A stretch of 64,000 nucleotides of DNA from contig OZ024743.1 of assembly GCA_964016885.1 (NCBI GenBank), positions 137,516,001 through 137,580,000 of the forward strand, written 5' to 3'. Numbering within the stretch: position 1 is the stretch's first letter; the number at the start of each line of letters is the position of its first letter. Origin of the DNA: Eledone cirrhosa. Lineage: Eukaryota. The position numbers and the translations under genes are program-made. The notes beneath the pieces were generated by a model. That model saw only the letters and a program-made list of their open reading frames with translations. It had not been told where the DNA came from and did not search any database. Shown here piece by piece: positions 36,890 through 48,190 of this stretch.

Positions 36890-38630
36890 TTGCTGTATGT
36901 TGTTTGCTGTTTGGTGTTTGGTGTTTGGTGTTTCGTGTTTGCTGCTTGGTGCTTGGTGTTTGGTGCTTGGGGCTTGGTGTTTGGTGCCTGGTGCTTGGTA
37001 CTTGGTTGTTTGGTGTTTGGTGCTTGGTGCTTGGGGCTTGGAGTTTGGTGTTTGGTGCTTGGTGCTTGGTGTTTTGTGTTTGGTGTTTGGTTTTTGGTGC
37101 TTGGTGCTTGGTGCTTGGCGCTTGGTCCTTGGTGTTTGGTGCTTGGTGCTTGGTGTTTGTACTTGGTGCTTGCTGCTTGGTGTTTGGTTCTTGGTTCTTG
37201 GTGTTTGGTACTTGGTGCTTGGTGCTTGGTGCTTGGTGTTTGGTGTTTGGTGCTTGGTGTTTGGTGCTTGGTGCTTGGTGTTTGCTGTTTGGTGTTTGGT
37301 GTTTGGTGTTTGGTGTTTGCTGTTTGGTGTCTGCTTTTTGGTGTTTGGTGTTTGCTGTATGGTGTTTGCTGTTTCGTGTTTGGTGTTTGCTGTTTGGTGT
37401 TTGGTGCTTCGTGTTTGGTGTTTGTTTTTGGTGCTTGGTGTCTGGTGCTTGATGTTTGGTGTTTGGTGCTTGGTGTTTGGTGTTTGGTGCTTGGTGCTTG
37501 GTGTTTGGTGCTTGGTGCTTGGTGTTTGGTGTTTGGTTCTTGGTGCTTGGTATTTGGTGCTTGGTGCTTGCTGCTTGGTGTTTGGTGCTTGGTGATTGAT
37601 GCTTGGTGTTTGGTGCTTGGTGCTCAGTGTTTGGTTTTTGGTGCTAGGTGCTTGGTGCATGGTGTTTGGTGCTTGGTGTTTGGTGTTTGGTGGTTGGTGC
37701 TTGGGGATTGGTGTTTGGTACTTGGTGCTTGGTGCTTGGTGTTTGGTGTTTGCTGTATGTTGTTTGGTGTTTGGTGTTTGGTGTTTGGTGTTTGCTGCTT
37801 GGTGCTTGGTGTTTGGTGCTTGGGGCTTGGTGTTTGGTGCCTGGTGCTTGGTACTTGGTTGTTTGGTGTTTGGTGCTTGGTGCTTGGGGCTTGGAGTTTG
37901 GTGTTTGGTGCTTGGTGCTTGGTGTTTTGTGTTTGGTGTTTGGTTTTTGGTGCTTGGTTCATGGTGCTTGGCGCTTGGTCCTTGGTGTTTGGTGCTTGGT
38001 GCTTGGTGTTTGTACTTGGTGCTTGGTGCTTGGTGTTTGGTTCTTGGTTCTTGGTGTTTGGTACTTGGTGCTTGGTGCTTGGTGCTTGGTGTTTGGTGTT
38101 TGGTGCTTGGTGTTTGGTGCTTGGTGCTTGGTGCTTGGTGCTTGGTGTTAGGTGTTTGGTGCTTGGTGCTTGGTGTTTGGTGCTTGGTGTTTGCTGTTTG
38201 GTGTTTGGTGTTTGGTGTTTGGTGTTTGCTGTTTGGTGTCTGCTTTTTGGTGTTTGGTGTTTGCTGTATGGTGTTTGCTGTTTCGTGTTTGGTGTTTGCT
38301 GTTTGGTGTTTGGTGCTTCGTGTTTGGTGTTTGTTTTTGGTGCTTGGTGTCTGGTGCCTGATGTTTGGTGTTTGGTGCTTGGTGTTTGGTGTTTGGTGCT
38401 TGGTGCTTGGTGTTTGGTGCTTGGTGCTTGGTGTTTGGTGTTTGGTTCTTGGTGCTTGGTATTTGGTGCTTGGTGCTTGCTGCTTGGTGTTTGGTGCTTG
38501 GTGATTGATGCTTGGTGTTTGGTGCTTGGTGCTCAGTGTTTGGTTTTTGGTGCTAGGTGCTTGGTGCATGGTGTTTGGTGCTTGCTGTTTGGTGTTTGGT
38601 GGTTGGTGCTTGGGGATTGGTGTTTGGTAC
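36890..38630 (+). repeat. Tandem duplication with 853-909 bp period
   Basis: Private 8-bp unit GGTTGTTT at 37004 and 37857 (offset 853). GTCTGCTTTTT at 37329/38238 and GCTCAGTG at 37622/38531 (offset 909). Confidence 0.9.
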
Positions 38631-38940
38631 TTGGTGCTGGGTGGTTGGTGTTTGGTGCTTGGTGATTAGTGTTTGGTGCTAGGTGCTTGGGGTTTGGTGT
38701 TTGGTGCTTGGTGCTTGGTGTTTGGTGCTTGGTGCTTGGTGTTTGGTGCTTGGTGCTTGGTGTTTGGTGTTTGCTGTTTGCTGTTTGGTGTTTGTTGTTT
38801 GGTGTTTGTTGATTGGTGTTTGCTGTTTGGTGTTTGGTATTTGGTGTTTGCTGTTTGGTGTCTGCTTTTTGGTGTTTGGTGTTTGCTGTATGTTGTTTGG
38901 TGTTTGGTGTTTGGTGTTTGGTGTTTGCTGCTTGGTGTTT

Positions 38941-41900
38941 GGTGTTTGCTGTTTGGTGTTTTGTGTTTGGTGTTTGCTGTTTGGTGTTTGCTGTTTGGTG
39001 TTTGGTGCTTGCTGTTTGGTGCTTGGTGTTTGGTACTTGGTGCTTGGTGTTTGGTGTTTGGTGTTTGGTGCTTGGTGCTTGGGGCTTGATTTGGTGCTTG
39101 GTGCTTGGTGCTTGGTGTTTGGTGTTTGGTGCTTGGTGTTTGGTGCTTGGTGCTTGGTGCTGGATGTTTGGTGCTTGGTGTTTGGTGCATGGTGCTTGGT
39201 GCTTGTTGTTTGTCGCTTGTTGCTTGGTGCTTGGTGTTTGGTGCTTGGTGCTTGGTGTTTGGTGTTTGGTGCTTGGTGCTTGGTGTTTGGTGTTTGGTGC
39301 TTGGTGTTTGGTGTTTGGTGCTTGGTGCTTGGTGTTTGTTGCTTGGTACTTGGTGTATGGTGTTTGGTGCTGGGTGCTTGGTGTTTGGTGCTTGGTGTTT
39401 GGTGCTTGGTGCTTGGTGTTTGGTGTTTGGTGTTTGATGCTTGGTGTTTTATGCTTGGTGCTTGGTGTTTGGTGCTTGGTGTTTGTACTTGGTGCTTGGT
39501 GCTTGGTGTTTTGTGCTTGGTTCTTGGTGTTTGGTGTTTGGTGCTTGGTACTTGGTGCTTGGTGTTAGGTGTTTGGTGCTTGGTGCTTGGTGTTTGGTGT
39601 TTGGTCCTTGGTGCTTGGTGCTTGGTGTTTAGTGCTTGGTGCTTGGTGGTTGTTGTTTGGTGCTTTCTGCTTGCTGCTTGGTGTTTGCTGCTTGGTGCTT
39701 GGTGCTTGGTGTTTGGTGTTTGGTGCTAGGTGCTTGGTGTTTGGTGTTTGGTGTTTGATGCTTGGTGTTTGGTGTTTGGTGCTTGGTGCTTAGGGCTTGG
39801 TGTTTGGTGCTTGGTGCTTGGTGCTTGGTGTTTGGTGCTTGGTGCTTGGTGTTTGGTGTTTGGTGTTTGGTGCTTGGTGCTTGGTGTTTGGTGCTTGGTG
39901 CTTGGTGCTGGGTGGTTGGTATTTGGTGCTTGGTGCTTGGTGTTTGGTGCTTGGTGCTTGGTGCTTGGTGTTTGGTGCTTGGTGCTTGGTGCTTGGTCTT
40001 TGGTGCTTGGTGTTTGGTGTTTGGTGCTTGGTGCTTTGTGTTTGGTGCTTGGTGATTAGTGTTTGGTGCTTGGTGCTTGGGGTTTGGTGTTTGGTGCTTG
40101 GTACTTGGTGTTTGGTGCTTGGTGTTTGGTGTTTGCTGTTTGGTGTTTGGTGTTTGGTGTTTGCTGTTTGGTGTCTGCTTTTTGGTGTTTGGTGTTTGCT
40201 GTATGATGTTTGCTGTTTCGTGTTTGGTGTTTGCTGTTTGGTGTTTGGTGTTTGCTGTTTGGTGTTTGGTCTTTGGTGCTTGGTGTTTGGTGCTTAGTGC
40301 TGGGTGTTTGGTGTTTGGTGCTTGGTGTTTGGTGTTTGGTGCTTGGTGCTTGGTGCTTGGTGTTTGCTGTTTGGTGTTTGGTGCTTGGTGTCTGGTGCTT
40401 GGTGTTTGGTGTTTGGTGTTTGGTGCTTGGTGTTTGGTTTTTGGTGTTTGGTGCTTGTTGCTTGGTGCTTGGTGCTTGGTGTTTGGTGCTTGGTGCTTGG
40501 TGTTTGGTGCTGGGTGCTTGGTGTTTGGTGCTTGGTGCTTGGTGCTTGGTGTTTGGTGTTTGGTGCTTGGTGCTTGGTGTTTGGTGTTTGGTATTATATG
40601 CTTGGTGTTTGATGCTTGGTGCTTGGTGCTTGGTGTTTGGTGTTTGGTGCTTGGTGTTTTATGCTTGGTGTTTGATGTTTGGTGCTTGGTGCTTGGTGTT
40701 TGGTGCTTGGTGCTTGGTGTTTATACTTGGTGCTTGGTGCTTGGTTCTTGGTGTTTGGTGCTTGGTGCTTGGTGCTTGGTGCTTGGTGTTTGGTGCTTGG
40801 TGTTTGGTGCTTGGTGCCTGGTGCTTGGTGCTTGGTGCTTGCTGTTCGGTGCTTGGTGTTTGGTGCTTGGTATTAGGTATTTGGTGCTTGGTGCTTGGTG
40901 CTTGGTGTTTGGTGCTTGGTGTTTGGTGCTTGGTGCTTGGTGTTTGGTGTTTGGTGCTTGGTGTTTGGTGCTTGGTACTTGGTGCTTGGTGCTTGGTGTT
41001 AGGTGTTTGGTGCTTGGTGCTTGGTGCTTGGTGTTTGGTGCTTGGTGCTTGGTGTTTGGTGCTTGGTGCTTAGTGTTTGGTGCTAGGTGCTTGGGGTTTG
41101 GTGTTTGGTGCTTGGTGCATGGTGTTTGGTGCTTGGTGTTTGGTGTTTGGTGGTTGGTGCTTGGGGATTGGTGTTTGGTACTTGGTGCTTGGTGCTTGGT
41201 GTTTGGTGCTTGGTGCTTGGTGTTTGGTGCTTGGTGCTTGGTGTTTGGTGTTTGGTGCTTGGTGCTTGGTGTTTGGTGCTTGGTGCTTGGTGCTTGTTGT
41301 TTGGTGATTGGTGCTTGGTGCTTGGTGTTTGGTGTTTGGTGCTTGGGGCTTGGTGTTTGGTGCTGCGTGCTTGGTGCTTGGTGCTTGGTGCTTGGTGCTT
41401 GGTGTTTGGTGTTTGGTGTTTGATGCTTGGTGCTTGGTGTTTGTTGTTTGGTGCTTGGTGTTTGGTGTTTGCTGTTTGCTGTTTGCTGTTTGGTGTTTGC
41501 TGTTTGGTGTTTGGTGTTTGGTGTTTGCTGTTTGGTGTTTGCTGTTTGGTGTTTGGTGCTTGCTGTTTGGTGCTTGGTGTTTGGTGCTTGGTGCTTGGTG
41601 TTTGGTGTTTGGTGTTTGGTGCTTGGTGCTTGGGGCTTGATTTGGTGCTTGGTGCTTGGTGCTTGGTGTTTGGTGTTTGGTGCTTGGTGTTTGGTGCTTG
41701 GTGCTTGGTGCTGGATGTTTGGTGCTTGGTGTTTGGTGCATGGTGCTTGGTGCTTGTTGTTTGTCGCTTGTTGCTTGGTGCTTGGTGTTTGGTGCTTGGT
41801 GCTTGGTGTTTGGTGTTTGGTGCTTGGTGCTTGGTGTTTGGTGTTTGGTGCTTGGTGTTTGGTGTTTGGTGCTTGGTGCTTGGTGTTTGTTGCTTGGTAC

Positions 41901-43573
41901 TTGGTGCATGGTGTTTGGTGCTGGGTGCTTGGTGTTTGGTGCTTGGTGTTTGGTGCTTGGTGCTTGGTGTTTGGTGTTTGGTGTTTGATGCTTGGTGTTT
42001 TATGCTTGGTGCTTGGTGTTTGGTGCTTGGTGTTTGTACTTGGTGCTTGGTGCTTGGTGTTTTGTGCTTGGTTCTTGGTGTTTGGTGTTTGGTGCTTGGT
42101 ACTTGGTGCTTGGTGTTAGGTGTTTGGTGCTTGGTGCTTGGTGTTTGGTGTTTGGTCCTTGGTGCTTGGTGCTTGGTGTTTAGTGCTTGGTGCTTGGTGT
42201 TTGTTGTTTGGTGCTTTCTGCTTGCTGCTTGGTGTTTGCTGCTTGGTGCTTGGTGCTTGGTGTTTGGTGTTTGGTGCTAGGTGCTTGGTGTTTGGTGTTT
42301 GGTGTTTGATGCTTGGTGTTTGGTGTTTGGTGCTTGGTGCTTGGGGCTTGGTGTTTGGTGCTTGGTGCTTGGTGCTTGGTGTTTGGTGCTTGGTGCTTGG
42401 TGTTTGGTGTTTGGTGTTTGGTGCTTGGTGCTTGGTGTTTGGTGCTTGGTGCTTGGTGCTGGGTGGTTGGTATTTGGTGCTTGGTGCTTGGTGTTTGGTG
42501 CTTGGTGCTTGGTGCTTGGTGTTTGGTGCTTGGTGCTTGGTGCTTGGTCTTTGGTGCTTGGTGTTTGGTGTTTGGTGCTTGGTGCTTTGTGTTTGGTGCT
42601 TGGTGATTAGTGTTTGGTGCTTGGTGCTTGGGGTTTGGTGTTTGGTGCTTGGTACTTGGTGTTTGGTGCTTGGTGTTTGGTGTTTGCTGTTTGGTGTTTG
42701 GTGTTTGGTGTTTGCTGTTTGGTGTCTGCTTTTTGGTGTTTGGTGTTTGCTGTATGATGTTTGCTGTTTCGTGTTTGGTGTTTGCTGTTTGGTGTTTGGT
42801 GTTTGCTGTTTGGTGTTTGGTCTTTGGTGCTTGGTGTTTGGTGCTTAGTGCTGGGTGTTTGGTGTTTGGTGCTTGGTGTTTGGTGTTTGGTGCTTGGTGC
42901 TTGCTGCTTGGTGTTTGCTGTTTGGTGTTTGGTGCTTGGTGTCTGGTGCTTGGTGTTTGGTGTTTGGTGTTTGGTGCTTGGTGTTTGGTTTTTGGTGTTT
43001 GGTGCTTGTTGCTTGGTGCTTGGTGCTTGGTGTTTGGTGCTTGGTGCTTGGTGTTTGGTGCTGGGTGCTTGGTGTTTGGTGCTTGGTGCTTGGTGCTTGG
43101 TGTTTGGTGTTTGGTGCTTGGTGCTTGGTGTTTGGTGTTTGGTGTTATATGCTTGGTGTTTGATGCTTGGTGCTTGGTGCTTGGTGTTTGGTGTTTGGTG
43201 CTTGGTGTTTTATGCTTGGTGTTTGATGTTTGGTGCTTGGTGCTTGGTGTTTGGTGCTTGGTGCTTGGTGTTTATACTTGGTGCTTGGTGCTTGGTTCTT
43301 GGTGTTTGGTGCTTGGTGCTTGGTGCTTGGTGCTTGGTGTTTGGTGCTTGGTGTTTGGTGCTTGGTGCCTGGTGCTTGGTGCTTGGTGCTTGCTGTTTGG
43401 TGCTTGGTGTTTGGTGCTTGGTATTAGGTATTTGGTGCTTGGTGGTTGGTGTTTGGTGTTTGGTGCTTGGTGTTTGGTGCTTGGTGCTTGGTGTTTGGTG
43501 TTTGGTGCTTGGTGTTTGGTGCTTGGTACTTGGTGCTTGGTGCTTGGTGTTAGGTGTTTGGTGCTTGGTGCTT
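38941..43573 (+). repeat. Two near-identical 2.08-kb copies with 2551-bp offset (about 38941-41022 and 41492-43573)
   Basis: Private markers: 5-bp unit GATTT at 39088/41639, ATACTT at 40723/43274, plus GCTGGATG and GTATGATG. Matching translations at 39105/41656, 39441/41992, 39730/42281 and 40679/43230, all with offset 2551. Confidence 0.93.
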
Positions 43574-45029
43574 GGTGTTTGGTTTTTGGTGCTTGGTGCT
43601 TGGTGTTTGGTGTTTGGTGCTTGCTGCTGGCTGCTTGGTGTTTGGTGCTTGGTGATAGGTGCTTGGTGTTTGGTGCTTGGTGTTTGGTGTTTGGTACTAG
43701 GTGCTTGGTGCTTGGTGTGTGGTGCTTGGTGCTTGGTGTTTGGTGTTTGGTGCTTGGTGCTTGGTGTTTGGTGCTTGGTGCTGGGTTCTGGGTGGTTGGT
43801 CTTTGGTGCTTGGTGTTTGGTGCTGGGTGCTTGGTGTTTGGTGCTTGGTGCTTGGTCTTTGGTGTTTGGTGTTTGGTGTTTGGTGTTTGGTGCTTGGTGC
43901 TTGGTGGTTGGTGTTTGGTGCTTGGTGCTTGGTGTTTGGTGCTTGGTGCTTAGTGTTTGGTGCTAGGTGCTTGGGGTTTGGTGTTTGGTGCTTGGTGCTT
44001 GGTGTTTGGTGCTTGGTGCTTGGTGTTTGGTGTTTGGTGCTTGGTGCTTGGTGTTTGGTGTTTGCTGTTTGCTGTTTGGTGTTTGTTGTTTGGTGTTTGT
44101 TGTTTGGTGTTTGCTGTTTGGTGTTTGGTGTTTGGTGTTTGCTGTTTGGTGTCTGCTTTTTGGTGTTTGGTGTTTGCTGTATGTTATTTGCTGTTTGGTG
44201 TTTGGTGTTTGGTGTTTGGTGCAGGGTGCTTGGTGTTTGGTGCTTGGTGCTTGGTGTTTGGTGCCTGGTGCTTGGTGCTTGGTGTTTGGTGTTTGGTGCT
44301 TGGAGTTTGGTGTTTGGTGCTTGGTGCTTGGTGTTTTGTGTTTGGTGTTTGGTTTTTGGTGCTTGGTGCTTGGTGCTTGGTGCTTGGTCCTTGGTGTTTG
44401 GTGCTTGGTGCTTGGTGTTTGTACTTGGTGCTTGGTGCTTGGTGTTTGGTTCTTGGTTCTTGGTGTTTGGTACTTGGTGCTTGGTGCTTGGTGTTTGGTG
44501 TTTGGTGTTTGGTGCTTGGTGCTTGGTGTTTGGTGCTTGGTGTTTGGTGTTTGCTGTTTGGTGTTTCGTGTTTGGTGTTTGGTGTTTGCTGTTTGGTGTC
44601 TGCTTTTTGGTGTTTGGTGTTTGCTGTATGGTGTTTGCTGTTTCGTGTTTGGTGTTTGCTGATTGGTGTTTGGTGTTTGCTGTTTGGTGTTTGGTCTTTG
44701 GTGCTTGGTGTTTGGTGCTTGGTGCTTGGTGTTTGGTGTTTGGTGCTTGGTGCTTGGTGCTTCGTGTTTGGTGTTTGGTGCTTGGTGTCTGGAGCTTGGT
44801 GTTTGGTGTTTGGTGCTTGGTGTTTGGTGTTTGGTGCTTGGTGCTTGGTGTTTGGTGCTTGGTGCTTGGTGTTTGTACTTGGTGCTTGGTGCTTGGTGTT
44901 TGGTGCTTGGTTCTTGGTGTTTGGTGCTTGGTGTTTGGTGCTTGGTGCTTGGTGTTTGGTGCTTGGTGCTTGGTGCTTGGTGCTTGGTGTTAGGTGTTTG
45001 GTGCTTGGTGCTTGGTGTTTGGTGTTTGG

Positions 45030-48000
45030 TTCTTGGTGCTTGGTATTTGGTGCTTGGTGCTTGCTGCTTGGTGTTTGGTGCTTGGTGATTGATGCTTGGT
45101 GTTTGGTGCTTGGTGCGTGGTGTTTGGTTTTTGGTGCTAGGTGCTTGGTGCTTGGTGTTTGGTGCTTGGTGTTTGGTGTTTGGTGCTTGGTGCTTGGTGT
45201 TTGGTACTTGGTGCTTGGTGCTTGGTGTTTGGTGCTTGGTGCTTGGTGTTTGGTGTTTGGTGTTTGGTGCTTGGTGCTTGGTGTTTGGTGCTTGGTGCTT
45301 GGTGCTGGGTGGTTGGTGTTTGGTGCTTGGTGCTTGGTGTTTGGTGCTAGGTGCATGGTGCTTGGTGTTTGGTGCTTGGTGCTTGGTGCTTGGTCTTTGG
45401 TGTTTGGTGTTTAGTGCTTGGTGCTTGGTGCTTGGTGCTTGGTGCTTGGTCCTTGGTGTTTGGTGCTTGGTGCTTGGTGTTTGGTGTTTGGTGCCTGGTG
45501 CTTGGTGCTTCGTGTTTGGTGTTTGGTGCTTGGTGTCTGGAGCTTGGTGTTTGGTGTTTGGTGCTTGGTGTTTGGTGTTTGGTGCTTGGTGCTTGGTGTT
45601 TGGTGCTTGGTGCTTGGTGTTTGTACTTGGTGCTTGGTGCTTGGTGTTTGGTGCTTGGTTCTTGGTGTTTGGTGCTTGGTGTTTGGAGGTTGGTGCTTGG
45701 TGTTTGGTGCTTGGTGCTTGGTGTTTGTACTTGGTGCTTGGTGCTTGCTGTTTGGTGCTTGGTTCTTGGTGTTTGGTGCTTGGTGTTTGGAGCTTGGTGC
45801 TTGGTGTTTGGTGCTTGGTGCTTGGTGTTTGGTGTTTGGTGCCTGGTGCTTGGTGTTTGGTGTTTGGTGCTTGGTGTTTGGTGTTTGGTGCTTGGTGCTT
45901 GGTGTTTGTTGCTTGGTACTTGGTGCATGGTGTTTGGTGCTGGGTGCTTGGTGTTTGGTGCTTGGTGTTTGGTGCTTGGTGCTTGGTGTTTGGTGTTTGG
46001 TGTTTGATGCTTGGTGTTTTATGCTTGGTGCTTGGTGTTTGGTGCTTGGTGTTTGTACTTGGTGCTTGGTGCTTGGTGTTTTGTGCTTGGTTCTTGGGGT
46101 TTGGTGTTTGGTGCTTGGTACTTGGTGCTTGGTGTTAGGTGTTTGGTGCTTGGTGCTTGGTGTTTGGTGTTTGGTCCTTGGTGCTTGGTGCTTGGTGTTT
46201 AGTGCTTGGTGCTTGGTGTTTGTTGTTTGGTGCTTTCTGTTTGCTGCTTGGTGTTTGCTGCTTGGTGCTTGGTGCTTGGTGTTTGGTGTTTGGTGCTAGG
46301 TGCTTGGTGTTTGGTGTTTGGTGTTTGATGCTTGGTGTTTGGTGCTTGGTGTTTGGTGCTTGGTGCTTGGGGCTTGGTGTTTGGTGCTTGGTGCTTGGTG
46401 CTTGGTGTTTGGTGCTTGGTGCTTGGTGTTTGGTGTTTGGTGTTTGGTGCTTGGTGCTTGGTGTTTGGTGCTTGGTGCTTGGTGCTGGGTGGTTGGTATT
46501 TGGTGCTTGGTGCTTGGTGTTTGGTGCTTGGTGCTTGGTGCTTGGTGTTTGGTGCTTGGTGCTTGGTGCTTGGTCTTTGGTGCTTGGTGTTTGGTGTTTG
46601 GTGCTTGGTGCTTTGTGTTTGGTGCTTGGTGATTAGTGTTTGGTGCTTGGTACTTGGTGTTTGGTGCTTGGTGTTTGGTGTTTGCTGTTTGGTGTTTGGT
46701 GTTTGGTGTTTGCTGTTTGGTGTCTGCTTTTTGGTGTTTGGTGTTTGCTGTATGGTGTTTGCTGTTTCGTGTTTGGTGTTTGCTGTTTGGTGTTTGGTGT
46801 TTGCTGTTTGGTCTTTGGTCTTTGGTGCTTGGTGTTTGGTGCTTGGTGCTTGGTGTTTGGTGTTTGGTGCTTGGTGTTTGGTGTTTGGTGCTTGGTGCTT
46901 GGTGCTTGGTGTTTGGTGCTTGGTGTCTGGTGCTTGGTGTCTGGTGCTTGGTGTTTGGTGTTTGGTGTTTGGTGCTTGGTGTTTGGTGTTTGGTGTTTGG
47001 TGTTTGGTGTTTGTTGCTTGGTGCTTGATGCTTGGTGTTTGGTGCTTGTTGCTTGGTGTTTGGTGCTGGGTGCTTGGTGTTTGGTGCTTGGTGCTTGGTG
47101 TTTGGTGTTTGGTGCTTGGTGCTTGGTGTTTGGTGTTTGGTGTTATATGCTTGGTGTTTGGTGCTTGGTGCTTGGTGTTTGGTGTTTGGTTCTTGATGCT
47201 TGGTATTTGGTGCTTGGTGCTTGCTGCTTGGTGTTTGGTGCTTGGTGATTGATGCTTGGTGTTTGGTGCTTGGTGCTTGGTGTTTGGTTTTTGGTGCTAG
47301 GTGCTTGGTGCTTGGTGTTTGGTGCTTGGTGTTTGGTGTTTGGTGCTTGGTGCTTGGTGTTTGGTACTTGGTGCTTGGTGCTTGGTGTTTGGTGCTTGGT
47401 GCTTGGTGTTTGGTGTTTGGTGTTTGGTGCTTGGTGCTTGGTGTTTGGTGCTTGGTGCTTGGCGCTGGGTGGTCGGTGTTTGGTGCTTGGTGCTTGGTGT
47501 TTCGTGCTAGGTGCATGGTGCTTGGTGTTTGGTGCTTGGTGCTTGGTGCTTGGTCTTTGGTGTTTGGTGTTTAGTGCTTGGTGCTTGGTGCTTGGTGCTT
47601 GGTGCTTGGTCCTTGGTGTTTGGTGCTTGGTGCTTGGTGTTTGGTGTTTGGTGCTTGGTGCTTGGTGCTTCGTGTTTGGTGTTTGGTGCTTGGTGTCTGG
47701 AGCTGGGTGTTTGGTGTTTGGTGCTTGGTGTTTGGTGTTTGGTGCTTGGTGCTTGGTGTTTGGTGCTTGGTGCTTGGTGTTTGTACTTGGTGCTTGGTGC
47801 TTGGTGTTTGGTGCTTGGTTCTTGGTGTTTGGTGCTTGGTGTTTGGAGCTTGGTGCTTGGTGTTTGGTGCTTGGGGCTTGGTGTTTGTACTTGGTGCTTG
47901 GTTCTTGGTGCTTGGTGCTTGGTTCTTGGTGTTTGGTGCTTGGTGTTTGGAGCTTGGTGCTTGGTGTTTGGTGCTTGGTGCTTGGTGTTTGGTGTTTGGT

Positions 48001-48190
48001 GCTTGGTGCTTGGTGTTTGGTGTTTGGTGCTTGGTGTTTGGTGTTTGGTGCTTGGTGCTTGGTGTTTGTTGCTTGGTACTTGGTGCATGGTGTTTGGTGC
48101 TGGGTGCTTGGTGTTTGGTGCTTGGTGTTTGGTGCTTGGTGCTTGGTGTTTGGTGTTTGGTGTTTGATGCTTTGTGTTTTATGCTTGGTG
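45030..48190 (+). repeat. Block of about 1 kb repeated with 2160-bp offset
   Basis: Matching translations at 45089/47249, 45141/47301, 45347/47507, 45351/47511 and 45418/47578. GTACTT pairs at 45623+45727 and 47783+47887. Confidence 0.88.
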
